The notes under the pieces were generated by a model. That model saw nothing but the letters and a program-made list of their open reading frames with translations. It was not told the origin of the DNA and ran no database searches. Source: Gammaproteobacteria bacterium (GTDB lineage Bacteria > Pseudomonadota > Gammaproteobacteria > CAJXQU01). From it: DNA of 64,000 nt. A program made the translations under genes and the position numbers. Positions 10,826-22,183 of this stretch are shown here, one piece after another (the first letter of the stretch is position 1; each line of letters begins with the position of its first letter). The stretch is from contig CBDEGZ010000003.1 of the NCBI GenBank assembly GCA_965238175.1, positions 1,312,001 to 1,376,000 of the forward strand, given 5' to 3'.

Positions 10826-12121
10826 TTGACCGACAATAACATTCCATTACAAGGCAATAAAATTACCATTACTAATGGCATATTAAATGTCCCTGATGAT
10901 CCCATCATTCCTTATATTGAAGGTGATGGTATCGGCCCGGATGTCTGGCAAGCTTCTGTTCGCGTAATGGATGCTGCTGTTAAAAAATCTTATGGAGATA
11001 AACGTAAGATACATTGGATGGAAGTGTTGGCGGGCGAAAAGGCCAATTTACAAACGGGCAGTTGGTTGCCAGAAGAAACGTTGGATGCCTGCCGAGAATA
11101 CCTCGTTGCGATCAAAGGCCCACTGACAACTCCGATTGGTGGCGGTATCAGATCACTTAATGTTGCCTTACGACAAATATTAGATCTATACGTTTGTTTA
11201 CGCCCCGTGCGTTGGTATAAAGGTGTGCCCTCACCTGTGAAGCATCCAGAATTAATCGATATGGTTATTTTCCGTGAGAATACCGAAGATATTTATGCCG
11301 GAATTGAATTCGAATATGGATCGGAAGATAACAAGAAATTTTTAGATATTCTGAAAAATGAATTTCCAAATTATTTTCAAAAGATCCGTTTTCCAGAGTC
11401 TTCAGGAATAGGTATAAAACCTATTTCACGCGATGGTACACAACGTTTAATTCGAGCGGCGATCAAATATGCTATCGACAATAATCGCAAAAGTATGACC
11501 ATTGTTCATAAAGGTAATATCATGAAATTTACCGAAGGTGCTTTCAGAAATTGGGGCTATGAATTAGCTGAAAGTGACTTTGCTGATCAGACCTATACCT
11601 GGGATCAGTGGGAACGAACAAAAGTAGAAAAAGGTGGCCAAGCAGCAAACGATGAACAAGAAGCTGCACTCAATGCTGGCAAAGTTCTTGTTAAAGATGC
11701 AATTGCTGATATCACTTTACAACAAGTTCTTACTCGACCGACTGACTTCGATGTTATCGCAACCATGAATCTTAATGGTGACTATCTTTCCGATGCACTC
11801 GCTGCACAAGTTGGTGGTATTGGGATTGCTCCCGGTGGAAATATCAACTATGACACTGGACATGCAATTTTTGAAGCTACACACGGAACTGCCCCGAAAT
11901 ATGCTGGGCAAGACAAAGTGAATCCAGGTTCGTTGTTACTCTCTGGTGAAATGATGTTGCGCTATTTAGGTTGGACAGAAGCTGCGGATTTGATCATTAA
12001 AGCAATGGATAAAACCATTGCCGATAGAACTGTAACCTATGATTTTGCACGTCAAATGGAGAATGCGACAGAAATTAAATGCAGTGAGTTTGCCGATGCA
12101 TTAATAAATAATTTAAGTTGA
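10826..12121 (+). CDS. icd: NADP-dependent isocitrate dehydrogenase (dimeric)
   Basis: [31 protein letters not shown]; probable TTG start at 10826 after GGAG. Confidence 0.96.
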   Translation: MTDNNIPLQGNKITITNGILNVPDDPIIPYIEGDGIGPDVWQASVRVMDAAVKKSYGDKRKIHWMEVLAGEKANLQTGSWLPEETLDACREYLVAIKGPLTTPIGGGIRSLNVALRQILDLYVCLRPVRWYKGVPSPVKHPELIDMVIFRENTEDIYAGIEFEYGSEDNKKFLDILKNEFPNYFQKIRFPESSGIGIKPISRDGTQRLIRAAIKYAIDNNRKSMTIVHKGNIMKFTEGAFRNWGYELAESDFADQTYTWDQWERTKVEKGGQAANDEQEAALNAGKVLVKDAIADITLQQVLTRPTDFDVIATMNLNGDYLSDALAAQVGGIGIAPGGNINYDTGHAIFEATHGTAPKYAGQDKVNPGSLLLSGEMMLRYLGWTEAADLIIKAMDKTIADRTVTYDFARQMENATEIKCSEFADALINNLS

Positions 12122-12154
12122 GAATAATCAAAGTTTATATATTTAATTAAGAAC

Positions 12155-13885
12155 ATGGATAAAGAACATATCATTTCTGAATGTTCACAAACTATCTACG
12201 ATGGCTTTCAGCGCTACAATAAAAATTTTCATCGCATAACAGATCGTGCACATATCCGGTTTAAGCAAAGAGACTGGAAAGGACATCAACAAGACATTGT
12301 TGATCGGATTGAGCTTTATGAAAAATCAGCATCACGTATTGCAAGTGTTGTAAAAAAATTACTCGATCAAGAATCAGAAAATTATGAACTTTGGTACGAG
12401 ATAAGATCTTGCCTTGGCAAGCGTATTGAGAATATTCCTGATTCGGCTTTTATAAAAACATTTTTTAATTCAATTACACGTCGTGTTTTTGGAACCATCG
12501 GTTATGATCCAAATGTCGAATTTGTTTTTTCGAGCATGGATGATACATCTGATCGTGTCGCATCACTCAATTTAAAAAGATACCCTTATTGGAACTCACT
12601 AGAAACAATATTTAGTGATGTCCTGGAAGATATCAGTTTTGAAATTCCGTATGCGAATAAAAGCACAAGTATAAAAACCATTTCAGAAAAAGTGATGAAC
12701 TTTTGTAAACGTCATCTAGGTAAAGACGATGAATATGTTCGATTTGAATTCATAGAATCACTTTTCTACCAATCAGCAAGAGCTTACTTAGTCGGCAGAA
12801 TCATAAAGCTTAAAAGCATCGTTCCACTCGTTATAGCATTTAAAAATACCGATGATGGAATTAATATCGATGCAGTTCTTTTGAGCGAAGAAGAGGTTAG
12901 TGTCGTTTTTGGATATACTCGGTCATATTATTTTGCTGATCCCAATTCTGTAGAAGCTGCTGTTCATTTCTTACACTCAATCCTACCGAACAAACCTGTC
13001 GATGAGTTATTTACAGTCTTGGGACGAGTACGACAGGGGAAAACTGAACGCTATAGAAACTTCACAAAACATTTGGAAAAAACAGATGATCTGTTTGATC
13101 ATGCTGATGGTGATAAAGGTTTAGTCATGATTGTTTTTGACCTACCGTCTTATAATTTGGTTTTTAAGATCATTCGAGATCGTTTTGGTTATCCAAAAAC
13201 TATTTCTCGCCAGGGAGTTATTGATAAATATCAACTGGTCTCAAAGCATGATCGTGCCGGCAGACTAATAGACACGCAGTCCTTCTTTAATATTGAGTTT
13301 CCGGCCGATCGGTTTTCAAAAATATTATTAGATGATCTTCTGGAAAATGCAAGGCAAACGGTTTTTCTTAAAAATAATAAAGTTGTTTTTAAGCATGTTT
13401 ATGTTGAGCGATATGTACGACCGCTCAATCTATTTATAAAGGAAGTCAGTAAAGGGGAAGCCGAGTTAGCAATCCTCGATTATGGCCAAGCCTTAAAAGA
13501 TTTAGCTCAAACGAATATATTTCCTGGTGATCTATTGTTGAAAAATTTTGGTGTCACTCAACACAACCGAGTGGTTTTTTATGATTACGATGAAGTCGCT
13601 TTGATTACAGAATGTAATTTTAGAGCGATCCCAGAAACAAATGATCCTGATGATGAAATGCGTGCATCGATCTGGTATCACGTCAACGAAAATGATATTT
13701 TCCCAGAAGAACATTTGAAATTTTTAGCCATGAATAAAGATCTTCAATCCTTGTTTATTGAAGCACATGAAGATTTACTCACTGTAGATTATTGGCATGA
13801 TATAAAAGCCCGACATCTTGCTGGCGAAATGTCGGCGGTTATTCCTTACTTTCGTCCAACAGTACCGCGCATAAAATCAATTTAA
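12155..13885 (+). CDS. aceK: Isocitrate dehydrogenase kinase/phosphatase
   Basis: KGLVMIVF, VFKIIRDRF, HDRAGRLID, NIFPGDLLLKNFGVT, VFYDYDE. Confidence 0.93.
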   Translation: MDKEHIISECSQTIYDGFQRYNKNFHRITDRAHIRFKQRDWKGHQQDIVDRIELYEKSASRIASVVKKLLDQESENYELWYEIRSCLGKRIENIPDSAFIKTFFNSITRRVFGTIGYDPNVEFVFSSMDDTSDRVASLNLKRYPYWNSLETIFSDVLEDISFEIPYANKSTSIKTISEKVMNFCKRHLGKDDEYVRFEFIESLFYQSARAYLVGRIIKLKSIVPLVIAFKNTDDGINIDAVLLSEEEVSVVFGYTRSYYFADPNSVEAAVHFLHSILPNKPVDELFTVLGRVRQGKTERYRNFTKHLEKTDDLFDHADGDKGLVMIVFDLPSYNLVFKIIRDRFGYPKTISRQGVIDKYQLVSKHDRAGRLIDTQSFFNIEFPADRFSKILLDDLLENARQTVFLKNNKVVFKHVYVERYVRPLNLFIKEVSKGEAELAILDYGQALKDLAQTNIFPGDLLLKNFGVTQHNRVVFYDYDEVALITECNFRAIPETNDPDDEMRASIWYHVNENDIFPEEHLKFLAMNKDLQSLFIEAHEDLLTVDYWHDIKARHLAGEMSAVIPYFRPTVPRIKSI

Positions 13886-13894
13886 GGAACTAAA

Positions 13895-14257
13895 ATGGAA
13901 CATGTTGCCATACTAGGGGCGAGTAATAATCCGACTCGTTACGCCTATAAAGCCCAAGTCTTGTTAACTGAAAATGGGCATACCGTCTATCCCGTCTCGC
14001 TTAAAGAGAAAGAAATTCTCGGTATCGAGAGTGTGACTTCATTAAGCGATATCAAACATGATGTTGACACAATTACTGTTTATATAAATCCAGAGAATCT
14101 TCATATGGTAATTAAGGATATTCTTGAAATCAAACCCAAAAGAGTTATTTTCAACCCTGGCTCGGAATCACCAAAAGAGTTGGAAACATTAGAGCAAGCT
14201 GGCATCCATATTGAATCTGCCTGCACACTCGTTTTATTAAAGACAAATCAGTATTAA
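13895..14257 (+). CDS. CoA-binding protein (YccU-like)
   Basis: ILGASNNPTRYA, VIFNPGSE, ACTLVLL. Confidence 0.85.
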   Translation: MEHVAILGASNNPTRYAYKAQVLLTENGHTVYPVSLKEKEILGIESVTSLSDIKHDVDTITVYINPENLHMVIKDILEIKPKRVIFNPGSESPKELETLEQAGIHIESACTLVLLKTNQY

Positions 14258-14322
14258 TTACTTCGTCATAGATAATCACGAAGTGTATTATAGTCATCAC
14301 TCGTTTTCTAAAGGAAAAACTA

Positions 14323-16974
14323 ATGGATCGCACTCTTTTATCACCACAAACAATTTATCTTAAAGACTACCAACCTGCTTTATTTTTGATCAAAACAGTT
14401 GCTCTCACCTTTAAACTTGAAGAAGAAAAAACATGCGTATTATCAAAACTCGAACTCACGCGTAATACGGATTATATCAGTGACAATAACGCACCTTTAG
14501 TTCTTGATGGTGAAAAACTGAAGCTGATCGAAATTAAGCTTGATGGCATGGTTTTAGGGAATGATCAATTTTCCGTCGATGACATTTCATTGACGATAGA
14601 AAATCTACCCGATCAATTTACACTTGAAATTGAAACTGAAATTGATCCAGTCAATAACACCTCATTAGAGGGCTTGTATCAATCAAGTGGCAATTTTTGC
14701 ACGCAGTGTGAAGCAGAAGGTTTCCGTAAAATCACCTATTACCTTGATCGTCCTGACGTGATGGCAAAATTTACAACAACCATTGAAGCTGACAAACAAA
14801 AATATCCCGTAATGTTATCGAATGGCAACTTGATCGAAAAAGGGGATTTGGACGATGGTAGGCATTGGGTTCGCTGGCAAGATCCTTTTATCAAACCTTG
14901 TTATCTTTTTGCATTAGTTGCAGGTGATCTTGCTTTAACCAAAGACAGTTATACAACAATATCAAATCGTAAAGTCGCATTGGAAGTTTATACCGAACAT
15001 CACAATGCCGATAAAACCAGCCATGCTATGGAATCATTAAAGAAAGCGATGAAATGGGATGAGGATACTTTTGGACTTGAATACGATCTGGATATTTATA
15101 TGATCGTAGCAGTTGATGATTTCAACATGGGCGCTATGGAAAATAAAGGTCTGAATATTTTCAACACCAAATACGTTCTTGCTTCACCCGAATCAGCTAC
15201 AGACGGAGATTACATTGGAATAGAAGCGGTTATTGGTCATGAATATTTTCATAACTGGACAGGGAACCGAATTACTTGTCGCGATTGGTTTCAACTTAGC
15301 TTAAAAGAAGGTTTAACTGTTTTTCGAGATGAATCATTTACTGCAGATTTAAATTCACCAGCAGTAAAACGTATTGATGATGTTCGTGTTCTTCGTGCAC
15401 ACCAATTCCCAGAAGATGCGGGGCCAATGTCACACCCGATCAGACCGCAATCTTATATGGAGATCAATAATTTCTACACAATGACGGTTTATAACAAGGG
15501 TGCCGAAGTTGTACGCATGTATCAAACATTATTCGGTAAAGAGGGCTTCAGAAAGGGGATGGATCTTTATTTTGAACGACATGATGGACAAGCGGTGACT
15601 ACCGATGATTTCCGAAGTGCTATGTTCGACGCTAATGTCCAAAGCCATAATGATAATCAAAATGCGAAAAATATTGATCTTTCTGTTTTTCAAAATTGGT
15701 ATGACCAAGCTGGTACACCTGATTTATTCGTCACCGAGCATTGGGATGAAGTCACTGGAAAATACTCACTGAATTTTCGTCAAGAATGTGCAGCAACACC
15801 AGAACAAGAAACCAAACTTCCTTTTTTGATCCCAGTACGAACAGAACTTCTTGATCAAAAAGGCCAGGTAATGGTCAAAGAAACTGTTTTAACACTCACA
15901 GAAAGAGGGCGGAAATTTGAATTTGAAGGTTTATCTCAGCGACCTATTCCATCCTTACTACGCGGTTTTTCTGCACCGGTAAATCTACATTTTGATTACG
16001 ATAATGATCAGCTTGCTTTCCTGATGGCAAATGAAACTGATCAATTTAATCGTTGGGAAGCAGGTCAAAATTTAGCCATGCGCGTTTTGCTGGACTTAGT
16101 AGAAAAGGTAAAACAAGATCAAACCTTATCGATAGATAATAGTTTTGTTAATGCATTTCAAAAAACCTTAACTAGTGACAATGATCCTGCGCTAATTGCA
16201 GAAGCGATGACACTGCCATCACAAGGAGATATCGCACAACAAATGGACGTTGTTGATCCAGAAGCAATCTATCAAGCTCGAAAATTTGTTCTACAAACAC
16301 TAGCGAAAAATCTCAAAATCGATCTAGAAGAAGTTTATGAAAAAAATCGTAGCACGGGCGATTTCAAAATTGATCCTATCAGTATGGCAAAACGCAGATT
16401 GCAAAATTGCACACTACATTATTTGACAACCTTAGAGTCGCAAGAATCTCGTCAATTAGCTATTACACAGTTTACAAATGCAGAAAATATGACAGATAAC
16501 CTCAGTGCGTTACGAACATTGATTAACCATGAGTCAAAAGAAAAAAAACAAGCCCTTTCACAATTTTACGATCGGTGGAAAGACGATTCTTTAGTCTTAA
16601 ACAGCTGGTTTAGCATTCAAGCCACGAGTAGCCAACTCAACACATTGCAGATTGTTGAGGAGCTTTTGCAACACCCACTATTTAGCATGAAAAATCCCAA
16701 TAAGATTCGCGCCTTAATCGGTGCTTTCGCTCAGGGAAATCAACGTTGTTTTCACAAAGAAGATGGATCAGGTTATCGATTTTTAGCCGATCAAATTATT
16801 AAACTTGATCCAATGAATCCACAAGTCGCTTCCAGACTAGTAAGAGTTTTTACACGTTGGAAACGATTTGATGAAAATCGAAAATCTCTAATGAAGAAAG
16901 AACTGGAAAGGATCAAACAACAAGCTGATTTATCGAAAGATGTCTTTGAAATTGTTGATAAGAGTTTGGGGTAG
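14323..16974 (+). CDS. pepN: Aminopeptidase N
   Basis: TQCEAEGFR, GAMENKG, HEYFHNW zinc motif. Confidence 0.98.
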   Translation: MDRTLLSPQTIYLKDYQPALFLIKTVALTFKLEEEKTCVLSKLELTRNTDYISDNNAPLVLDGEKLKLIEIKLDGMVLGNDQFSVDDISLTIENLPDQFTLEIETEIDPVNNTSLEGLYQSSGNFCTQCEAEGFRKITYYLDRPDVMAKFTTTIEADKQKYPVMLSNGNLIEKGDLDDGRHWVRWQDPFIKPCYLFALVAGDLALTKDSYTTISNRKVALEVYTEHHNADKTSHAMESLKKAMKWDEDTFGLEYDLDIYMIVAVDDFNMGAMENKGLNIFNTKYVLASPESATDGDYIGIEAVIGHEYFHNWTGNRITCRDWFQLSLKEGLTVFRDESFTADLNSPAVKRIDDVRVLRAHQFPEDAGPMSHPIRPQSYMEINNFYTMTVYNKGAEVVRMYQTLFGKEGFRKGMDLYFERHDGQAVTTDDFRSAMFDANVQSHNDNQNAKNIDLSVFQNWYDQAGTPDLFVTEHWDEVTGKYSLNFRQECAATPEQETKLPFLIPVRTELLDQKGQVMVKETVLTLTERGRKFEFEGLSQRPIPSLLRGFSAPVNLHFDYDNDQLAFLMANETDQFNRWEAGQNLAMRVLLDLVEKVKQDQTLSIDNSFVNAFQKTLTSDNDPALIAEAMTLPSQGDIAQQMDVVDPEAIYQARKFVLQTLAKNLKIDLEEVYEKNRSTGDFKIDPISMAKRRLQNCTLHYLTTLESQESRQLAITQFTNAENMTDNLSALRTLINHESKEKKQALSQFYDRWKDDSLVLNSWFSIQATSSQLNTLQIVEELLQHPLFSMKNPNKIRALIGAFAQGNQRCFHKEDGSGYRFLADQIIKLDPMNPQVASRLVRVFTRWKRFDENRKSLMKKELERIKQQADLSKDVFEIVDKSLG

Positions 16975-16991
16975 ATGAACATAATAAACAT

Positions 16992-17010
16992 TTAGAGTCC
17001 GACCACATTT
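16992..17010. repeat. 19-bp inverted repeat, left copy (partner at 42794-42812)
   Basis: TTAGAGTCCGACCACATTT vs reverse complement of partner TTAGAGTACGACCTCATTT (17/19). Confidence 0.7.
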
Positions 17011-17023
17011 AATTTTTAGAAAT

Positions 17024-17243
17024 ATGAAAAGTGTAAATATTATTCATCTATTGAAGTTATTAGGATTACTATTATTTGCTATCCCAGGTGCGATTATTGG
17101 TTATAAGTTTGCCCCAGATGCACCTACATACCCAACTCTCCCATCAGAAGATGAGAGGGCATTAATATTTTATATAAATGTGTGGTTGGTTTTACAGTAT
17201 CATTTGTAACAGTTGCGGCAAATTATTTCTTTAAATTGCCAGT
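17024..17243 (+). pseudogene. 5' half of small membrane-protein gene (frameshifted, interrupted by IS4; 3' half at 42498-42600)
   Basis: Hydrophobic ORF from 17024; shifted frame reads VGFTVSFVTVAANYFFKLP up to the IS4 end. Confidence 0.65.
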
Positions 17244-17881
17244 CATTGCTGTCCCGTTAAGAACGAATAAAGTAGGCCTGAACTCCGTCTAATTTGTTAC
17301 AATGAAATCACGACAAGTCATTGAAAAACATAAGGAGAACAGGCCATGGCCGATTGTAATACTATCTTCTCACAAATACTAAAAATGATACCGAGACATG
17401 AGTTTGAGCCCTTGGCAAATCAGCATCACCGTGGTCGTTCGTTTCGAACAGCTTCACGTTGGTCTCAGTTTGTGACACTGGCAATGGCACAATTGTCGGT
17501 TCGAAACAGCTTGCGAGATATTGTCGAGAACCTGTCAGCTCAAGCGCATCGTCTGTATCATTTGGGTAGTGTAAAATTATCTCGCTCCAATTTGTCCCGT
17601 ATCAATGAAGATAAACCTTACACACTTTATGAGGCCTTGTTTGGTAAATTGTTAGCACGTTGTCAGGGGTTAACGCCAGGACAATCTTTCCGTTTTAAAA
17701 ACACATTGTATTCATTGGATGCCTCTACGATTGACCTGTGTTTATCCGTTTTCCCGTGGGCTGACTTTCGTACAACGAAAGGCGCGATAAAGCTGCATGT
17801 TGAATTGAACCATTCAGGTTATTTACCCGAGTTTGTCCCGGTAACGGAAGGGAAAACACATGACGTGACGGTGGGTCGCAC
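17244..17881 (+). mobile_element. IS4-family element, 5' part only (truncated by IS3)
   Basis: Left IR CATTGCTGTCCCGTTAA; apparently identical to 41224-41861; transposase starts at 17346. Confidence 0.9.
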
Positions 17882-17944
17882 TGAACCTGCTACATTTTAA
17901 CGGATACATTAAATAGGCGACAATATGCCTTTAGGAGTATCCAA

Positions 17945-18256
17945 ATGACCAGCAACAGAAAACCATACAAAACCTATACCCGAGAATTCAAACTAGAAGC
18001 GTTACGCTTGATGGAGCAATCAGATAAACCGTCATCTGAGATTGCCGCTGAACTTGGTATACGGCGTAATCAGCTCTATAAATGGAAAGAACAACTGACC
18101 GACAAAGGTGATACTGCATTCCCAGAACAACGTGGAAGGCCTAAGAAAGAAGCACAAAGTGAACTCACCACCTTACGCCAAGATAATGCACGGCTGAAGG
18201 AGGAAGTTGAGATATTAAAAAAGGCCGCGGTGTACTTTGCAGGCGAACTCAAGTGA
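17945..18256 (+). CDS. IS3 transposase OrfA
   Basis: YTREFKLEAL HTH; A6G slippery site at 18217-18223 preceded by GGAGG. Confidence 0.93.
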   Translation: MTSNRKPYKTYTREFKLEALRLMEQSDKPSSEIAAELGIRRNQLYKWKEQLTDKGDTAFPEQRGRPKKEAQSELTTLRQDNARLKEEVEILKKAAVYFAGELK

Positions 18257-19113
18257 AGTACGCCTTTATTAAAATACAACGTCGCCATCACTCTGTGTCG
18301 TTATTATGTCGCACCCTGACTGTCTCAGTCAGTGGTTATTATGATTGGTTAGACAGGCCTCAAAGTAAGACACACTCAACGAATCAACGGTTACTGACGA
18401 AAATAAGATGTTTTCATCAAGCTAGTTTTAAGCGTTATGGTTCACCTCGGATACATCGAGACCTACTCGATTCAGGTGAAAAAGTAAGTCGACCGCGTGT
18501 TGCACGTTTGATGAAGACTGCTGGCATTCAATCGAAGATGGCCAAACGGTTTGTGATTACAACCAATTCAAAAAATACCACAGCACCTGCACCCGATAGG
18601 CTCAAACGTGAATTTCGTGTCAATGAAACAAATAAAGCCTGGGTAGCTGACACGACCTTTATTCGTACTCGGCAAGGTTGGTTATATTTGGCTACCATGA
18701 TGGACTTGTATTCACGGCAAATTATTGGCTGGGCGATGTCTGAGCGTAATGACACCAAGCTAGTCACTGATGCGTTAACGATGTCGCTGTCACGCAGAGA
18801 CAAGGCAAAAGATGTGATTGTCCATTCCGACCAAGGCAGCACTTATGCCTCGGGTGATTATCGAAAGCTCATTAAAGATAATGGCTTCCTTTGTAGTATG
18901 AGCCGAAAAGGTGAATGCCATGATAATGCGGTCGCTGAAAGTTTCTTCGGCAGCCTCAAAACAGAGTTGGTTGATGATGAGGATTATCGAACACGTAGCG
19001 ATGCCAAACAAAGCCTATTTCACTATATTGAAGTGTTTTATAATCGAAGACGGAGGCATTCTTATTTAGGCTATGTTAGCCCTGTAGAATTTGAGCGGGC
19101 AAATGCCCCTTAG
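18253..19113 (+). CDS. IS3 transposase OrfB (DDE)
   Basis: WVADTTF, HSDQGSTY, DNAVAESFF; -1 frame overlap with OrfA. Confidence 0.95.
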   Translation: MKYAFIKIQRRHHSVSLLCRTLTVSVSGYYDWLDRPQSKTHSTNQRLLTKIRCFHQASFKRYGSPRIHRDLLDSGEKVSRPRVARLMKTAGIQSKMAKRFVITTNSKNTTAPAPDRLKREFRVNETNKAWVADTTFIRTRQGWLYLATMMDLYSRQIIGWAMSERNDTKLVTDALTMSLSRRDKAKDVIVHSDQGSTYASGDYRKLIKDNGFLCSMSRKGECHDNAVAESFFGSLKTELVDDEDYRTRSDAKQSLFHYIEVFYNRRRRHSYLGYVSPVEFERANAP

Positions 19114-19161
19114 TTATTTGCTCCGTTAAAGTGTTGCAACCTCAATTCCGGACGGTTTAGT

Positions 19162-20387
19162 TGTAGAAATTCAGATTTGATCTGACAGTTACCCAATTAT
19201 CAGTAACCGACTGTCAGGTTAAGTTTAATTCACAAACTTTTCCTTCCAGATAGCTTGTCCGTCGATGAGTGTTTCCATCGGCGTCCTCCCGCAGCACATT
19301 TTGCCTTGGTGAGTTCGTTGAGTATTGTATTTGAGCAACCATTCGTCAAGGTCGAGTTGCAGTTCATCAATCGATTGGTAAATTTTCTTACGCAAAGCGA
19401 CTTGATAAAACTCATTGAGGATCGTCTTATGGAATCGCTCACAAATACCATTCGTCTGAGGTGATTTGACCTTGGTTTTGGTGTGTTCGATATTGTTCAA
19501 CGCCATATAAAGCTGATAATCATGCTGGTCAGCTCGTCCACAATACTCCGTCCCTCTATCTGTCAAAATGCGCAACATAGGCAAACGTTGTTCTTCGTAG
19601 AATGGGAGGACGCGGTCATTGAGCATGTCAGCTGCCGTAATCGGTGTTTTAGTCGGGTACAGTTTCGCGTGAGCGACCTTGCTGTAAGTATCAACAAACG
19701 TTTGTTGATAAACCCGACCAATGCCTTTGAAAGTACCGACATAGTAAGTATCTTGCGAGCCAAGATAACCAGGGTGTGCCGTCTCTATCTCGCCACAAGC
19801 CTCATCGTCGTCTTTTTTGCGTTCCATCGCCGCGACTTGAGACTCAGTGAGGATCAAGCCTTCACCAGCTACCTTATCAGACAATGCCTTCAGGCGATCT
19901 TTAAAGCAAGCAAGACCATGACGAAGCCAGATACAACGAACGCCACTGGGTGAGACAAATGTTCCCCGTTTGCGCAGCTCGTTACTGGTGCGCGTTTGAC
20001 CATGTGCGGGCTCTTCCAGTGCATACTCGAGCACAACGGTTTCAATAGCCGGGTCGATTCTGTTTTTAAGATTTGGGGTACGCCGATTACGATCAAACAA
20101 GGCTTCTACACCGCCTTCATCAGCCGCTTCTTTGTAGCGATAAAATGTATCTCTGGACAAACCCATCATCTTGCAGGCTTTTGAGACATTGCCGAGTTCT
20201 TCAGCGAGATTGAGTAGACCAACTTTATGTTTTATAACTTTGTCATTAGTATGAATCATGAGAGTTACCTCTTTGTGTTTTGATGTTTACGTTGCAGTTA
20301 CATCAAAGCGGGTAACTCTCACTAAATCAAGCGTCGCTACGCTCCGCTTGATTTAGTGATGTGTCAGATTGGGTCTAAACTTCTACA
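19162..20387 (-). mobile_element. IS481-family element, copy 1 (1226 bp), no target duplication
   Basis: TGTAGAA...TTCTACA termini; 7-nt flanks GTTTAGT/GTTGAAC do not match. Confidence 0.93.
19225..20259 (-). CDS. IS481-family transposase
   Basis: GSQDTYYVG, LTDRGTEYCG, PQTNGICERFHKT. Confidence 0.93.
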   Translation of the reverse strand: MIHTNDKVIKHKVGLLNLAEELGNVSKACKMMGLSRDTFYRYKEAADEGGVEALFDRNRRTPNLKNRIDPAIETVVLEYALEEPAHGQTRTSNELRKRGTFVSPSGVRCIWLRHGLACFKDRLKALSDKVAGEGLILTESQVAAMERKKDDDEACGEIETAHPGYLGSQDTYYVGTFKGIGRVYQQTFVDTYSKVAHAKLYPTKTPITAADMLNDRVLPFYEEQRLPMLRILTDRGTEYCGRADQHDYQLYMALNNIEHTKTKVKSPQTNGICERFHKTILNEFYQVALRKKIYQSIDELQLDLDEWLLKYNTQRTHQGKMCCGRTPMETLIDGQAIWKEKFVN

Positions 20388-21206
20388 GTTGAACAAACTC
20401 TGAACCGTTATCAAACGTCAATGTTTTCACCTTGTCTTTATGAGGGAGCAACAAACGAATAATCGCACGATACACCACGTCTGCTGTTCGACTGTAAACA
20501 CGTGAACAACAGGTAAATAATGAGGCGCGGTCAACGACTGTCACCAAGACACTTTTTTTATCCAAGCCAATCACGGTGTCGCCCTCCCAGTCACCCAGAT
20601 GTTGCTTTTCCTTAACGATCACAGGATGCTCCGTGATGGAAACACGGTTGGGGATCTTGGAAGCTCGTGCACCAGAGCCATAGCGTATACGTCGATGCTT
20701 GTGGCCCTGAGGAAGGTAGTGTTTCAGCGTGGCATGACGTTCAGGATCGTTGTAAATGAAACGGTAGATAGTTTCATGACTAAGTGATACACCATGATGT
20801 TCCTTCAAATAGCCACTGACGTGTTCTGGACTTAAATATTGTTGGATTAAGGACACGATCTTCTGCTCTATTTCAGGATTGAGTTTGCGATATTTATTTT
20901 CATGCCCCCATCGTTTTCTTCGTTGCCATAATTCCATTGCCCAATGGTAGGTATAGATATGTCACTGTGGGTATTTATTTCGTTTGATTTCTCGGCAAAT
21001 CGTGGAAGGAGCTCGACCTAAAGCCACGGCGATTTGTTGTTGTGTTTTTCCTTCGGGTGATGCTTGCCAGATATAAAACCTTTCTTCTTTGACTAAGTGT
21101 TGATACTGTTTCATGGTGCAATTCCTTTTGTTGGGTTAGATTCTTCGTCAAAATTATCTTAACGGCTTTCTGACGTGAGGAATTGTTCTTATTGTATGAA
21201 TGCGCA
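20388..21206 (-). pseudogene. IS30-family element relic (frameshifted, 3' end removed at IS481)
   Basis: ATG at 21114 (MKQYQHLVKEERFYI HTH); downstream frame has SHETIY, GDWEGDTVIG, TLTFDNGSEF. Confidence 0.85.
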
Positions 21207-21253
21207 TCTTGTGATGCTTATAAAAAATTTTAGGAAGGGCTTAGGTAGTTAAA

Positions 21254-22104
21254 ATGTTGAAGAATATTTTCATCTCTGTATTGATTTTTTGGCCATTTTC
21301 CATATTGGCTAATGGCTATACGGAACAGGATAAGTTTATTAAATTTTTGGCGGTCTCTCCTTCTGGAGAATATATCTCATTTAGCTCTGCATCTTATAAT
21401 ATTGATGGGCATTATTTTGACGTATATCTTAATATACTGGATACGAGCGTAGGGGATATAAAAACAAAGAAGTTATTCTCTAAGATAGATGGGCATCAGG
21501 CACAAGGAAAGCTGGTTTGGGGGTATTGGGCAAACGATAAAGAATTTTATGCGGGCGGCGGTCACAGTTATGAAACATGTTATCAAATGATCTTCTCTTC
21601 TGGAGATTATGTTGAAGAAATAGATGAATCAAAAACTACTTGCCATGGGGCGGTAGAATCTGCAAATAATGAATTCTATGATATAGCTCCCAGAAAATAT
21701 AATTTGCTATATTCTTATGCTAGTTCAGAGGGGATAGGGATTTTTTATATATTTGATCTGAATAATAATAACATTATTCTTAAAGCAACAGGTGTAGGTA
21801 TAGGCTCACTTGATGCTAGCTGCCCTCCAAGCCGTTTTTTGAGCCATGATTTAAATATCATAGACTATAGCGAAAGCGGAGATAAATTTACCTGAAAACG
21901 AGAATCAATCCCGTAGATATTAATAGATATACCAATATTATTGAAGGAGATCTAGGGCTGTTTCCATGTTACTACGCTATGAGCAATGCCATTGCAAAAC
22001 ATGTGTTGAACAATGAGGAACCAGAAAAGATGAGCCCTGAGTTATTTGCCAAAGTACAGGCAGATGTTGAGGAAAAAATGATTCAAAATTTGGTGGAGCC
22101 CTAG
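21254..22104 (+). pseudogene. Secreted hypothetical protein, probably frameshifted near 21893
   Basis: Signal-peptide ORF 21254-21895; an open frame continues (KTRINPVDINRY...LVEP*) to 22104 after a 1-bp shift. Confidence 0.5.
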
Positions 22105-22183
22105 CCCTATACTTATAAAGTCATAAGCAGGGATACTAAAGCCTCCCGCCATTAATCTGTAACGTAATTCGTTCGCCCTGAAC

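Larger units (their letters stand above)
17882..19144 (+). mobile_element. IS3-family element, copy 1 (1263 bp), no target duplication
   Basis: TGAACCTGCTACA...TGTTGCAACCTCA ends; flanks CAC/ATT do not match. Confidence 0.95.

Noticed and set aside
19230-20184. Multiple short ORFs repeated in each IS481 and IS3 copy
   Set aside because: They are alternative-frame or antisense by-products of near-identical IS copies, with no recognisable motifs
22105-22150. c-di-GMP-I riboswitch suggested by GGGATACTAAAGCCTCC
   Set aside because: It lacks the GGCAAA P2 motif and a P3 helix, and has no downstream gene to regulate
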